A stretch of 64,000 nt of DNA from Candidatus Bathyarchaeota archaeon. Its GTDB lineage: Archaea; Thermoproteota; Bathyarchaeia; Bathyarchaeales; Bathycorpusculaceae. Below are positions 1 through 10,637 of this stretch, piece by piece (position 1 is the stretch's first letter; every line of letters begins with the position of its first letter). Location: assembly GCA_963733095.1 (NCBI GenBank), contig CAVTBV010000009.1:160001-224000 (forward strand), in the 5' to 3' direction. The notes beneath the pieces were generated by a model. It saw nothing but the letters and a program-made list of their open reading frames with translations, searched no databases and was not told the DNA's origin. The position numbers and the translations under genes are program-made.

Positions 1-806
1 GTTACGTTCTCTATATGTGGCAGAGCGTTTTTGAGGGTGCCGTGTTGCTTTATGAGTTTGAGGGCGGTTTTTGGGCCTATTCCTTTTACACCGTCGGGGT
101 TAAAGTCGGTTCCAATCAAGATTCCAACGTCGATGAGTTGCTCACGTGTTAAACCGCATTCATGGAGTGTTTTAGGTAACTCTACGACCTCAGGCACAAC
201 TTCAATCGTGACTTTTCCTCTTTTTCTTCTCCCAGAAATCGTTAGGTTCCTAAGTAGCTTACATGCCCCAAACAGAAGACTGTCATAATCTTGGCTTGCA
301 CAGTAGTCCGCATCGCCCTTTATGTTCATGTGGGCAGCTTGAGCTTCACCTTCACCTGGTGCCTGAACCCACGGCAAACCCATAAGCCCTAAAAGTTTCT
401 GACTGTCACCCAACATGTAATCTTTCATGCTGGTCGATGCCTGAGCGTACATGAACATTTTTTCTGTATCGCCTTTTGCAGCAGCCTTCTCGTAATGGGC
501 GGTTGCTTCAACTTTTACTTGTCTTCGCCTCTCGACTTCTGTTGTTTTCAGCGTTGGGGATTCGCCGTCAAAGACATAAATGGGTTTTATTCCCATTTCG
601 ATTAGGTTGCTGGTTCGGTAGAAGAGTCCGCTTAGGTGGCTGGTGATTTTGCCCGTGCTGTCCTTGAGGGGGGTGCCATCGGGTTGGCGGATTATGCTGA
701 GGAACTGGTAGATGGCGTTGTATGCGTCTATGGCTATGATTTTGCCGCCAAGGTCTTCTAGTTTAACGGGGGTTTTTGGTATGAGGTCTTTGAAGTTTAC
801 GCCCAA
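1..806 (-). CDS. fen: Flap endonuclease-1 (3' part runs off the window)
   Basis: Manual translation from TTG at 806: MGVNFKDLIPKTPVKLEDLGGKIIAIDAYNAIYQFLSIIRQPDGTPLKD...YVFDG...APGEGEAQAA...SQDYDSLLFGA; absent from the ORF track because there is no stop in the window. Confidence 0.95.
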   Translation of the reverse strand, partial: MGVNFKDLIPKTPVKLEDLGGKIIAIDAYNAIYQFLSIIRQPDGTPLKDSTGKITSHLSGLFYRTSNLIEMGIKPIYVFDGESPTLKTTEVERRRQVKVEATAHYEKAAAKGDTEKMFMYAQASTSMKDYMLGDSQKLLGLMGLPWVQAPGEGEAQAAHMNIKGDADYCASQDYDSLLFGACKLLRNLTISGRRKRGKVTIEVVPEVVELPKTLHECGLTREQLIDVGILIGTDFNPDGVKGIGPKTALKLIKQHGTLKNALPHIENV

Positions 807-904
807 AACGATTCCACAAAATATGTAGGCAAGAAACAATCTTAAGAGGTTTGCGAATGACTAAATTTCAGAAAAAGAAAACAGGCAATAATCTTGAGTC
901 GTTG

Positions 905-1645
905 CTAAATTCTCTTCCTTAACAAGACAAGTGTCGCTGCCAAAATTATAACGATTAAAATGATTATAGCGATTATGTAGATTGTTAGGCTGTTTTGTGT
1001 GGGGTTTGCCGGGGTTGGGTTGGTCGACGTGGTGCTGAAAATATTTGTCTGGGTGATGCTGTAGGCGTATTCTGAAGTGACTGGACCCGTTTCCCCCTGA
1101 ACGGTCGTAATGGAAGAAGATTCGAGCAGCATGCCTGAAGCTTTGTCGTAGATGTAGGTTAGGCTTGAGTTGTAATCTGGAGTGGATATTGTTGTGCTGA
1201 GGATGTTGACGCTTCGGGTGACTCCTATGTACTGGCGGTTTTCGGTGTTATTTACAGCGTAGGTGCCTGGAGGTGGGATGGGCTCGCCTACGTTGAGGTT
1301 AGCGGCGATTATGGGTCCTTGAGTGTTTGGCGCTCCATTCTCTGTTCCTGCAGAAACATCCCAAACTGAAACCGTATCGTTGCCTGGGATGGCGGTGCTA
1401 TTCTTGAACTGTCCAGTTGAAAGCAAAGTAACCTGGCTTCCAGCAACGTTGGTTACTTGTAGGGTGAGCGCGTCGTAGTCGCCGAAGGCTTCAAACCCCG
1501 GACCCGTTCCTACAAAATTTCCATACTTTACGTAATCCCCGGTCGTTACACCAGGTACGTATGTTGCTGCCAAAACTGGAACAACTAACGTAGCAACAAG
1601 AAAAACTGTGACTAAGAATATGAAAAATTGTTTAGAATTGGGCAT
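905..1645 (-). CDS. Secreted/membrane-anchored hypothetical protein
   Basis: Signal peptide, Thr/Pro linker, C-terminal TM helix with basic tail. Confidence 0.75.
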   Translation of the reverse strand: MPNSKQFFIFLVTVFLVATLVVPVLAATYVPGVTTGDYVKYGNFVGTGPGFEAFGDYDALTLQVTNVAGSQVTLLSTGQFKNSTAIPGNDTVSVWDVSAGTENGAPNTQGPIIAANLNVGEPIPPPGTYAVNNTENRQYIGVTRSVNILSTTISTPDYNSSLTYIYDKASGMLLESSSITTVQGETGPVTSEYAYSITQTNIFSTTSTNPTPANPTQNSLTIYIIAIIILIVIILAATLVLLRKRI

Positions 1646-1705
1646 TTTAGAATTGCTCCCTTTACTTCTGAACCTGCTTGGGTTTTAAAGAGTTTTTGAT
1701 TTCTG

Positions 1706-1867
1706 TTATGCTGTTCTTTTGGCTCCGCAGTTTGGGCAAAACGTCGCTGTTTGCTGGAAGAGGGCTCCACAATACTTGCATGGAACCATAACTACTTCTC
1801 GAACTGTCACCCTCTCTTTTCTTTCATCGTTAGAGTTTGACCCGCAACCACATCCACAACCAAACAT
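1706..1867 (-). CDS. Small Cys-rich zinc-ribbon protein (53 aa)
   Basis: Manual translation MFGCGCGCGSNSNDERKERVTVREVVMVPCKYCGALFQQTATFCPNCGAKRTA; two CxxC pairs; starts 13 nt after the ArsR stop. Confidence 0.8.
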   Translation of the reverse strand: MFGCGCGCGSNSNDERKERVTVREVVMVPCKYCGALFQQTATFCPNCGAKRTA

Positions 1868-1879
1868 CCAAACATCATC

Positions 1880-2230
1880 CTATTCTTGAAATGTTCTCGC
1901 TATTTCCTGTTTTTGGCTAAGCTGTTCTAAAAGGACTCCGCGTACCATGTCGCAGGCTTGACTGATCTTTGGGCTTGAAACACGGTAGTAGATGTTTGAG
2001 CCGTCTTTTCGGGTTTTAACGATTTGTCTTTGCCTCAAAATTGCCAGATGCTGGGAAACGTTGGATTGGCTTGCACCAAGTGTTTGGGTGAGTTCGTTGA
2101 CGGTTTTTTCTCCGCTCTTTAAGTTATGCAGAATAGCTAGCCTCAGAGGGTGAGCTAATGTTTTTGAAATCTCTGCCTGTAGTTCGTATATGGTCATGTC
2201 GAATTCTGGTTTAGACATAGGTTCACTCAC
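1880..2230 (-). CDS. ArsR/SmtB family transcriptional regulator
   Basis: KTLAHPLRLAIL...TVNEL...SQSNVSQHLAILR...G..IYY pattern. Confidence 0.92.
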   Translation of the reverse strand: MSEPMSKPEFDMTIYELQAEISKTLAHPLRLAILHNLKSGEKTVNELTQTLGASQSNVSQHLAILRQRQIVKTRKDGSNIYYRVSSPKISQACDMVRGVLLEQLSQKQEIARTFQE

Positions 2231-2315
2231 ATTCGAATATTCTAACGTTTTCTCACCTTTTATATGTTACAGTTAAATCAAGAAACTAAAGAAAAAAGGC
2301 TAATGTGAGTTCTTT

Positions 2316-3101
2316 TTAACTCACATCTAGTTCTTGTATGAAGGTTCCATGCCAGGTATGATACCAGACTTGCCCAGTGTAGCCATTGACACTTAGCATA
2401 CCATAGTTGGTGCCGTTAACCATAGCCATAACGTGGTAGTACCCATAGAACGGGAAAACTTCTCCAACAGTAGCTCCAGGGTAGTAGGTGTTTAGGAACT
2501 GCTGTGCATCCACTTTCGCTTGGTCTGCTGAAACTGGCATGTTTGCTGTTGGGGCACCATAGATTCCGCCTAGTATGCCGCTTCTCATCATGCCGTATTT
2601 GAGGTTCCACATCATGTTAGGCCCCATCTCTGGGTAGATACTGCCAGTGTACTTGTTAACCAACAGTTCAAATGCGCCTATGCCAGTGTTCTTCTCGTAG
2701 ACTTGAACATAGAAGTTTTGTGAGTATTCTTCAACTTCTTTGACTGCTAAGTCAGGGTTGTTTAAAGATGCGACGTAGTTCTGGCCGATTTGCGCTGCAG
2801 TGGTTATGTTAAGTTCACCTCCGGTGTAAGCGTAGGGTGCCGTTGTTGTATATCCGTATCCGCCAAAGCCTAAGCCCATGCATCCGCCACCGTATTGGTA
2901 GGGGTAGACTGGCTGGTAATACTGGGTTGTTTGTGTTGCCGTCGTTTGGGTGGGATAGCCATATCCGTAGCTCCCTCCGATCATTCCACCGTAGCCTCCG
3001 TATGGGCCTCCCATCATGGCTGCCGTGAAAGCAGATGTGGTTAGCAGGGCAACTGCAACTACTGTGACACTAACCAATGTTATTATTTTCCAAATTTTCA
3101 T
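2316..3101 (-). CDS. Exported protein with Met/Gly/Tyr-rich linker and PepSY-like repeats
   Basis: Signal peptide, MMGG motifs, two repeats ending in VNxYTG. Confidence 0.65.
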   Translation of the reverse strand: MKIWKIITLVSVTVVAVALLTTSAFTAAMMGGPYGGYGGMIGGSYGYGYPTQTTATQTTQYYQPVYPYQYGGGCMGLGFGGYGYTTTAPYAYTGGELNITTAAQIGQNYVASLNNPDLAVKEVEEYSQNFYVQVYEKNTGIGAFELLVNKYTGSIYPEMGPNMMWNLKYGMMRSGILGGIYGAPTANMPVSADQAKVDAQQFLNTYYPGATVGEVFPFYGYYHVMAMVNGTNYGMLSVNGYTGQVWYHTWHGTFIQELDVS

Positions 3102-3416
3102 TTTTTATACCTCACTTTTTCATTATTATATGCTAACGTCTTGGGGGTGGTAAGATAGTTCGCTGAAACAGATGTGAAACAGTTTTGAAACAATTGTTGA
3201 AGTCGGTGGTGTTCATGTTTTTTAGTTGTGGTTTGACATCTCACCACACAATGACAGGATTATGGTTGTTTCGCAGTCAATTATCCAAAAACCCATCATG
3301 CGTCCTATTGGGACTATTTCATTTACAACCACGCGGGGACTTGAGTAACGCAAGCATTTGGTTCTTAATATCCAATCTCTGCAGAAAACCTATAAAGGGA
3401 TAGTGTAATTCACCGA

Positions 3417-3435
3417 CCTGTTAGGATCCAAATAT
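3417..3435 (+). repeat. Dispersed intergenic repeat motif, copy 1
   Basis: cctgttaggatccaaatat; 17/19 identical to 6882-6900. Confidence 0.55.
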
Positions 3436-3582
3436 CATATCATTGCAGACACCTATGGGGATCGGCTGATTATCAGTTTTTTAAGCCAAACAAAAAAATT
3501 GTATTTACACACAAAGCCGAGTATCCAAGCATAGCAGTTATAAGGAACCCTAACAATTATGACGGCACAGAAGTGATAGTTC

Positions 3583-3762
3583 ATGTCAGAAAAGTTGTCC
3601 TTAGTCACATGTACAAGTTGCGGAAAACCAATCCCGCCAGGCAGCGAATCTACAAAGTTCCTATGCCCACAATGCGGAGATATCCAGATTAAACGAGATG
3701 GAAAATGCCGCAAATTCGGCCGCCTCTACAAATGCCCCAAATGCGGGTTCAGTGGACCATAA
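3583..3762 (+). CDS. Zn-ribbon protein (COG2888-like) upstream of EF-1beta
   Basis: Manual translation MSEKLSLVTCTSCGKPIPPGSESTKFLCPQCGDIQIKRDGKCRKFGRLYKCPKCGFSGP; conserved archaeal position. Confidence 0.9.
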   Translation: MSEKLSLVTCTSCGKPIPPGSESTKFLCPQCGDIQIKRDGKCRKFGRLYKCPKCGFSGP

Positions 3763-3775
3763 AAAGGCGAACTGA

Positions 3776-4054
3776 ATGGGCAGTGTACTAGTAACCTACA
3801 AGGTTTTTCCCGAAGATATAATGCCAAGTTTTGACGGTTTAAAAGCACAAATCAAAACTATTCTGCCCGAATTTGCCCAAATTGAAGGATACGGCGAAGA
3901 ACCTGTAGCTTTTGGACTCGTTGCGCTCCTTGTTCAAATCAAATACCCTGAAGATAAATCAGGTTTAGTTGATGAATTCGAGGAAAAACTTGCAAAAATC
4001 CCTGGTGTAAGCCAAGCTCAAACCTTCCAAGTGCGCCGAACAAGTCGCGATTAA
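3776..4054 (+). CDS. ef1b: Translation elongation factor EF-1beta
   Basis: EEPVAFGLVAL motif, 92 aa. Confidence 0.95.
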   Translation: MGSVLVTYKVFPEDIMPSFDGLKAQIKTILPEFAQIEGYGEEPVAFGLVALLVQIKYPEDKSGLVDEFEEKLAKIPGVSQAQTFQVRRTSRD

Positions 4055-4203
4055 ACAGGTAAACCCCGACAAGCAATCTTTCTTTTCTCTAATTTGCTCT
4101 TGAATGTCTTAGAGCTTACACTTTAAAGTTTATATAGGCATTACGGCTTTTTCAAACACAAACCCCTAAACAGAAAGTCAGGATTATTTGGGAGATATTC
4201 TTC

Positions 4204-6375
4204 ATGAGTGAAGTACAGCTACGCGTTGGAGACGCACGACAAAGAGATGTTGGCAGAGGAATCGCCAGAATTGACCAGCGAACCATGCAGAAGCTTGGCA
4301 TAAGCGCTGGAGACGTTATCGAAATTGTGAATAAACGCACTACATCTGCCATTGCTTGGCCAGCATACAGTGAAGACCAGAACCGCGACATAATTCGCAT
4401 CGACGGGTTCACCCGCAAAAACAGCGGAGTCGCCATAAACGAATACGTCGTCATCCGTCCCGCAAAGGTCAAAACCGCCCTCTCCATAACACTTGCGCCA
4501 GTTGACATGCGCCTAAACGTCGACGAAGACTTCACGAATTTCGTCAAAAACCGCCTTATGGAACGCACCCTTGTTGAAGGCGACACCACCTTAGTTATGA
4601 TGCTAGGACACGCAATTCCATTCACAGTTTCAAAAACACGTCCTCATGGCATCATTAAAGTTACAGCAGAAACCCGATTAACAATCCTCAACGAACCCGC
4701 CCCAGAAGGCAAAGGGCTACCACGGACAAACTATGAAGACATCGGAGGATTGCACACCGAAATCCAGCGCGTCCGCGAAATGGTCGAGTTGCCCCTTCGC
4801 CATCCTGAGTTGTTCCAGCGTTTAGGAATTGAACCGCCAAAAGGCGTACTTCTCCATGGTCCACCAGGCTGCGGCAAAACCCTGTTGGCGCGAGCAGTAG
4901 CAAACGAGTCTGAAGCAAACTTCTACTCAATCAACGGACCAGAAATCATGAGTAAATTCTACGGTGAATCCGAAGCACGTCTGCGAGAGATTTTCCAGCA
5001 AGCTCAACAGAACGCGCCCAGCATAATCTTTGTGGATGAACTCGATGCCATTGCGCCTAAACGTGAGGAAGTCACGGGAGAAGTTGAAAGACGCGTCGTT
5101 GCCCAACTCCTTGCATTGATGGATGGGTTGTCAGGCAGAGGAAACGTCATAGTCATAGGTGCAACCAACCGCCCAGGAGCTCTTGACCCAGCTCTGCGTC
5201 GACCAGGACGGTTCGACCGGGAAATAGAAATCGGTGTTCCAGACAAGAAAGGACGCTACGAAGTTCTCCAAATCCACACACGCGGCATGCCCCTCGCAGA
5301 AGACGTTGACCTTACAAAACTCTCAGGCATGACTCACGGCTACACAGGCGCCGATCTATCCGCACTCGGCAGAGAAACCGCAATGAAAGCCCTAAGACGG
5401 TATTTGCCACAGATTAATCTGGAAGAAGAACGCATCCCCCCCGCAGTGCTAGAGAAAATGGAGGTAAAAATGGATGATTTCTTGGGCGCTTACAAAGAAG
5501 TTACGCCTACAGCCATGCGCGAAGTCTACATTGAAGTCACAACTGTCCACTGGGAAGACGCCGGCGGACTTGACGACGTAAAACAGCATCTCATCGAAGC
5601 GGTAGAATGGCCTATAAAGACCCCGGAAATATTTACCAAACTTGGAATTAGACCGCCCAAAGGCATCTTGCTCTATGGTCCACCGGGCTGCGGCAAAACC
5701 TTGCTTGCACGTGCAGTAGCGACGGAAAGCGAAGCTAACTTCATATCAATCAAGGGACCCGAAGTGTTCAGCAAATGGGTAGGTGAATCAGAAAAAGCTA
5801 TCCGCGAAGTCTTCCGCAAAGCACGCATGGCAGCGCCCGCAGTAGTGTTCCTAGACGAAATCGATTCTCTCACGCCAAAACGCGGTATGGGTATGTCCGA
5901 CAGCGGAGTATCGGAACGCGTAATAAGCCAACTGCTAACTGAAATGGACGGCATCACGACTCTGCAAGACATCGTGGTTATTGCCGCAACTAACCGTCCA
6001 GACATGGTTGATTCTGCAGTTTTGCGTCCCGGACGCTTTGACCGCTTAATCTACGTGCCTGAGCCTGACGAGAAGAGCCGTTTGCAAATCCTCAAAATCT
6101 ACACCAAAGGCATGCCAATCTCCACGGACGTTGACTTAAACCAGATTACAATTGCAACCAAGTACTATTCTGGTGCTGACATAGAATCCCTCTGCCGCGA
6201 AGCAGCAATGCATGCACTGCGAAAGAACGTAAACTCCGTCGAAGTCACCATGAAAGATTTCCAAGACGCTTTAAAAGAAATGGGACCCTCAATAACACCC
6301 GACATGGAAAAATGGTACAAGAGCTTCATGCAGCAAATCCGACAAGTACAAAAGCCAGCAACCCCAGTTGCATAA
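4204..6375 (+). CDS. cdc48: Cdc48/VCP-family AAA+ ATPase
   Basis: N-domain ([11 protein letters not shown]) plus two AAA modules with GPPGCGKT and RPGRFDR. Confidence 0.97.
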   Translation: MSEVQLRVGDARQRDVGRGIARIDQRTMQKLGISAGDVIEIVNKRTTSAIAWPAYSEDQNRDIIRIDGFTRKNSGVAINEYVVIRPAKVKTALSITLAPVDMRLNVDEDFTNFVKNRLMERTLVEGDTTLVMMLGHAIPFTVSKTRPHGIIKVTAETRLTILNEPAPEGKGLPRTNYEDIGGLHTEIQRVREMVELPLRHPELFQRLGIEPPKGVLLHGPPGCGKTLLARAVANESEANFYSINGPEIMSKFYGESEARLREIFQQAQQNAPSIIFVDELDAIAPKREEVTGEVERRVVAQLLALMDGLSGRGNVIVIGATNRPGALDPALRRPGRFDREIEIGVPDKKGRYEVLQIHTRGMPLAEDVDLTKLSGMTHGYTGADLSALGRETAMKALRRYLPQINLEEERIPPAVLEKMEVKMDDFLGAYKEVTPTAMREVYIEVTTVHWEDAGGLDDVKQHLIEAVEWPIKTPEIFTKLGIRPPKGILLYGPPGCGKTLLARAVATESEANFISIKGPEVFSKWVGESEKAIREVFRKARMAAPAVVFLDEIDSLTPKRGMGMSDSGVSERVISQLLTEMDGITTLQDIVVIAATNRPDMVDSAVLRPGRFDRLIYVPEPDEKSRLQILKIYTKGMPISTDVDLNQITIATKYYSGADIESLCREAAMHALRKNVNSVEVTMKDFQDALKEMGPSITPDMEKWYKSFMQQIRQVQKPATPVA

Positions 6376-6388
6376 GAAGGAACGCTTG

Positions 6389-6625
6389 ATGCCGCAAATA
6401 AAAACTTGGAAAACACGCCCAGCCTACTTCTACCTCTTAGAAGTTTTAACTAAGAAGGGAGACCTTACCGACGACGACCTCTACGACCAACTAAAAGATG
6501 AGTACGAAGATTTAGGGTTCAAAGACTTCAACGAACTGCTGCTGAAACTTGAGGTAAGCGGTAAAATCCGCACTTCATCGATGTCTAGGGGCAAGCGCCG
6601 AATCGAACTAGTAGTTCACCATTAA
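6389..6625 (+). CDS. Small winged-helix protein
   Basis: Helix-helix-helix-wing pattern; directly follows cdc48. Confidence 0.7.
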   Translation: MPQIKTWKTRPAYFYLLEVLTKKGDLTDDDLYDQLKDEYEDLGFKDFNELLLKLEVSGKIRTSSMSRGKRRIELVVHH

Positions 6626-6850
6626 ACCAGCTTTTTCTTCAAACTTTTATTTTCTATGATCCATTGGAAATGAAATTTAAGTCTGTTTTGCGCTTTTCTG
6701 TATTTATGCTGTCTTAAGCTAACTTGGATATAAACATTATTTTTTGTTTATAGTTCCCTTATTTTAAGCACGAAAATTTAACATGCTATTAGCTTGAAAA
6801 ATGGTCAACAAAGACCTACCCCTCTTAGGGCAAATGGTGGCACGTACTCC

Positions 6851-6900
6851 TCTATCGTTTCTGCATCGAACTGATAGGGACCCTATTAGGCTCCAAATAT
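6851..6900 (+). repeat. Dispersed intergenic repeat, copy 2
   Basis: tctatcgtttc...ccctattaggctccaaatat; both parts recur inverted at 33432-33505. Confidence 0.6.
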
Positions 6901-6977
6901 GTGCTGGTAAACCGCAAACTCAAAGCTTAGCCGACATGCCCTTTTGCTTAAATACGATTTAGCTCCATTGCATAATT

Positions 6978-8228
6978 ATGCCCTCGCTCAAGCTGCAACC
7001 TTCCTCCTACTCGCATGAAGTAATAGTTGTTGGTGGTGGACCCGTTGGTTGCTATGCTGCCGAAAACTTGGCAAAAAAAGGCGCAAAAGTCACAGTTTTT
7101 GAGGAACACCCTGAGATTGGGTTACCGTCGCATTGTGCTGGGCATATCAGCATACGAAGCTTAAGAACCATGGGGCTGTATCCTCTGCCAAAGGGAATAG
7201 TTGAGAATACCTTTTGCGCTGCCAACTTTTATTCGCCCGTTGGCTCAAAGTTTTCGCTTCATCTTTCCTGTCCAGTTACCACAGCTTTGAACAGGGCTCT
7301 GTTTGATCAGTACTTGGCCAAAAAGGCTCAGGACGCTGGGGCAAACTTTGTTCTGAACTCTCGTGTGCAATCGCTGTTGAAGGCAGATGGCTTTGTTAGA
7401 GGCGTTATAGCTGAGCGAACTGGTGGTTTTGAAGAGGATTTTAATTCTAAAATCGTAATAGACGCTGAAGGTATATCTTCAAGGCTTCTAAGGCAAGCCA
7501 GATTACAAACACTCAAACCCAGCGGTTTAGTTTATGCGGTTGAAGCTGAGGTGGATGGCGTTAGGGATGTTGAGTTTGACGCCGTTGAGGTTTATTTTGG
7601 CAAAGCTTATGCACCAGGCTTTTACGGCTGGCTTATCCCACGGCCTGATGGCTCGGCGAAGGTGGGTTTAGCAACAAACCATGGCAACCCACGCGAGTAC
7701 CTTAAGCGACTCATGATCAAGCATCCAGTAGCATCGAAGCAGCTTGCCAAAGCCAAAATAACACAAGTCGGCTACCATGCCATAACATTGGGTGGTCCAA
7801 TCAACAGGTCATACGCGGATGGTTTTCTTGCCGTAGGCGACTGCGCTTCACAAGTTAAGCCCACGACGGGTGGCGGAGTAATCTTTGGATTAAAATGTGC
7901 TAAGTTGGCTGCAGAAGTTGCAAGCCAAGCTCTAAAGAAAGATGATGTTTCATCCTATCTCCTGCAAAACTACCAAAAACGATGCAGTGACCAGTTGAGT
8001 TTTGATTTCCTCGTCATGCTCAGACTCAGGCGGTTTCTTAATTCTCTTTCAGACGAGAAATTAGATGAGATGCTTCGGGTCTGTGGAAAGTTAGGTGTGG
8101 ACAAAGCTTTGAAAGATGTTGATGAGATTGATTTTCAAGGCAAAATGCTTCTAACTGCAATGAGGAAACCGTCAATGGCTGCAGCTCTAGCTTACTTTGG
8201 TTTACTCTACCTGTCTGCAAACCCTTAA
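6978..8228 (+). CDS. Geranylgeranyl reductase family FAD oxidoreductase
   Basis: VVGGGPVG, IDAEG, YGWLIP, VGDCASQVKPTTGGG. Confidence 0.9.
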   Translation: MPSLKLQPSSYSHEVIVVGGGPVGCYAAENLAKKGAKVTVFEEHPEIGLPSHCAGHISIRSLRTMGLYPLPKGIVENTFCAANFYSPVGSKFSLHLSCPVTTALNRALFDQYLAKKAQDAGANFVLNSRVQSLLKADGFVRGVIAERTGGFEEDFNSKIVIDAEGISSRLLRQARLQTLKPSGLVYAVEAEVDGVRDVEFDAVEVYFGKAYAPGFYGWLIPRPDGSAKVGLATNHGNPREYLKRLMIKHPVASKQLAKAKITQVGYHAITLGGPINRSYADGFLAVGDCASQVKPTTGGGVIFGLKCAKLAAEVASQALKKDDVSSYLLQNYQKRCSDQLSFDFLVMLRLRRFLNSLSDEKLDEMLRVCGKLGVDKALKDVDEIDFQGKMLLTAMRKPSMAAALAYFGLLYLSANP

Positions 8229-8265
8229 AATCTCGAGTGCTAACCTAGAGGCGGGATAATGTTAA

Positions 8266-8628
8266 ATGGGCGAATTTGAATACAAGCAAGTCCTCGTTTT
8301 CCGAACTGACCTGCAGATGGGCAAAGGCAAAATTGCAGCACAAGCAGGACATGCAGCCATATCCGCGGCTCAAGACGCTTTTGTACACCATAAAAAATGG
8401 TGGGACGCCTGGCTGTATGAAGGACAAAAGAAGGTTGCGGTTAAAGTTCAGACTGAAAAAGAACTATGCGAGTTGGAGGAGGCTGCTGAGGATTTAGGTT
8501 TACCTCATGCCTTGATTGTTGACCGTGGTTTAACTCAGATTCCTGAGGGCTCTATTACTTGCTTGGGAATTGGTCCCGCGCCCTCAGCAATGGTTGATCG
8601 GTTAACTGGCAAACTTAAACTGTTATAG
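8266..8628 (+). CDS. pth2: Peptidyl-tRNA hydrolase 2
   Basis: RTDLQMGKGKIAAQAGHAA, DRGLTQ, GIGPAP. Confidence 0.97.
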   Translation: MGEFEYKQVLVFRTDLQMGKGKIAAQAGHAAISAAQDAFVHHKKWWDAWLYEGQKKVAVKVQTEKELCELEEAAEDLGLPHALIVDRGLTQIPEGSITCLGIGPAPSAMVDRLTGKLKLL

Positions 8629-8637
8629 GCGACTTTT

Positions 8638-10011
8638 TTGTTTGTTCCCGACCTTGACAAGCTGCTCGGCATGGATGTTTATGCTACGAAAACTCAAGGT
8701 GTCGGCGGCAGAATTAAAGCGTCAGTTGAGGATTTTTTTGTTGAAGAAGTATTGGTTGATGGCTCCAAAGCCAACGTGAATGGGGAGGTTCCCTCGAGGG
8801 TTCTGGGGTCTACGGCACAGGGGCAGCGTTTTTTGCTGTGTGTTTTGATTAAGCGCAACTGGGACACTTTCATCGCCTTGAAAAATATCGCAAAGTCTTT
8901 GGGAATTGATCAGGCAAGGGTTCAGTTTGCCGGAATCAAGGATGCTAAAGCTGTTACTGCACAACACATCACCATAGAGAACATTTTGATGGAAGATGCC
9001 GCGAAGGTTGCAATTAAAGAAATCGAGGTTCACCCAGTCGGATACATTCGGGAAATGCTCTCCGTATTCTACCTGTTGGGCAACAATTTTACAATAACAA
9101 TCAAATCCGTCACTGACTTAGAAGAAACTATTGAACAAAATATCACCCAAACAATGCAAGAACTCGATGCAGTCGGCGGCATCCCCAACTTTTTTGGTCA
9201 CCAACGCTTCGGAACGACTCGTCCAATAACACATTTAGTTGGAAAAGCGCTCGTCCGAGGCAAGTTTGAGGAGGCGGCAATGCTCTTTTTGGCTAAACCT
9301 AGCGTTCATGAACATCCCGGGTCAAGGCAAGCCCGCCAAGACCTGCAGTTAACCCGAAATTTTAAGCAAGCTCGAGAGAATTTTCCCAAACAACTCCGCT
9401 TTGAACGAATGATGCTCAACCATTTAGCTAATAACCCCGAGGACTTTGTTGGGGCCTTCCAAAAGTTACCGTTGAAGCTTCAAGCGCTCTTTGTCCAAGC
9501 GCATCAATCCTACTTGTTTAACCGTTTTCTAAGCGAGCGGGTTAAGCATGGTTTGCCTTTCAATGAGGCGGTGGAGGGAGACTATGTAGTTGGTGTTGAG
9601 CGTTCGGGGTTGCCTCTTACTAATGTGGCTAAGGTTGCGACAGCGGAGAACTTGTCTGAAGTTAATGCTCAGGCTAAGGCGGGTCGGTTGCGTGTTGCTC
9701 TTCCGATTTTTGGTGTAAAACAGAGGCTATCCCAAGGCGTTATGGGGCAGATAGAACGTGGAGTTCTTGAACAGGAAGGTGTCGAAATGGAGAATTTGCG
9801 ATTTAACGAGTTGTCAAGAGCTGGTGGGAAAGGCGGTTTGCGTGCGGCTGTTACTCCAATAAAGGACTTTCGGCTACAAGATGTTTCTGCGAATAAGGCT
9901 GGCGTAGGGTACTGGGCAAAGGTGAGTTTTATGTTGCTAAGGGGCTCCTATGCGACGGTTTTGTTAAGGGAACTAATGAAGCCTTCTGACCTTGTGGCTG
10001 CTGGTTTCTAA
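8638..10011 (+). CDS. truD: tRNA pseudouridine(13) synthase
   Basis: EDFFVEE, AGIKDAKAVTAQ, PNFFGHQRFG, RGSYATVLLRE. Confidence 0.96.
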   Translation: MFVPDLDKLLGMDVYATKTQGVGGRIKASVEDFFVEEVLVDGSKANVNGEVPSRVLGSTAQGQRFLLCVLIKRNWDTFIALKNIAKSLGIDQARVQFAGIKDAKAVTAQHITIENILMEDAAKVAIKEIEVHPVGYIREMLSVFYLLGNNFTITIKSVTDLEETIEQNITQTMQELDAVGGIPNFFGHQRFGTTRPITHLVGKALVRGKFEEAAMLFLAKPSVHEHPGSRQARQDLQLTRNFKQARENFPKQLRFERMMLNHLANNPEDFVGAFQKLPLKLQALFVQAHQSYLFNRFLSERVKHGLPFNEAVEGDYVVGVERSGLPLTNVAKVATAENLSEVNAQAKAGRLRVALPIFGVKQRLSQGVMGQIERGVLEQEGVEMENLRFNELSRAGGKGGLRAAVTPIKDFRLQDVSANKAGVGYWAKVSFMLLRGSYATVLLRELMKPSDLVAAGF

Positions 10012-10052
10012 AGTGTTGCGGTAAAGCTGATAAGTAAGCGATTAATTCAGTA

Positions 10053-10637
10053 TTGTTAGGAGCTTCTTTTATGGAAAACGAATCGCCTCGTCAATGCGTT
10101 ATTCCGCTTCATAAGCCCAGTGTTAAAGAGTTAATTTTCTTTTTTGCTTCAGGATTCTTGGTCAGTATTCCTTTTGCGGTTTTCTACGAGTCGCTTTTCC
10201 CAGCTGGATTTTCTGTTGCTTTGCTCATAGTGGTTTTGGCTCCCTTCATCGAGGAATTAGCCAAAGTCTTCCCCTTATTCTATCGACACGGTGAAACAGA
10301 ACGCTCACTTGTAACTTTGGGCCTACTACTGGGGTTAGGCTTTGGTATAGCAGAGTTTTTTGAGTACATTTTCATTACAGGTGCTCCAATTATTGCAAGT
10401 TTTTCCCACATTATCTTTCATGCTTCAAGCGCAACCATAGTTGCTTACGGAATAGCTACAAAGAAACCGTTACCATACTACTTGATTGCGGTTTCGCTCC
10501 ATATAGTGAACAACTTTTTTGCTCTTTCAGGCGACATCTTCTTGGGGCTTTTTGCTGAACTGCTAGTGCTAATTACCGTTTACTTGCTGGCTTGGCGCTT
10601 TTATCACCAGGCTTCAAAGGATAAGATGGTTGTTTAG
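10053..10637 (+). CDS. PrsW-family intramembrane metalloprotease
   Basis: APFIEELAK, GLGFGIAE, HxxFH, LHIVNN. Confidence 0.88.
   Translation: MLGASFMENESPRQCVIPLHKPSVKELIFFFASGFLVSIPFAVFYESLFPAGFSVALLIVVLAPFIEELAKVFPLFYRHGETERSLVTLGLLLGLGFGIAEFFEYIFITGAPIIASFSHIIFHASSATIVAYGIATKKPLPYYLIAVSLHIVNNFFALSGDIFLGLFAELLVLITVYLLAWRFYHQASKDKMVV

Noticed and set aside
31-288. 85-aa + strand ORF
   Set aside because: Antisense shadow of FEN1
3453-3713. 86-aa minus-strand ORF
   Set aside because: Shadow of the Zn-ribbon gene 3583-3762
4152-6416. Several minus-strand ORFs within cdc48
   Set aside because: Antisense shadows of a conserved gene; the same applies to similar ORFs across the housekeeping genes
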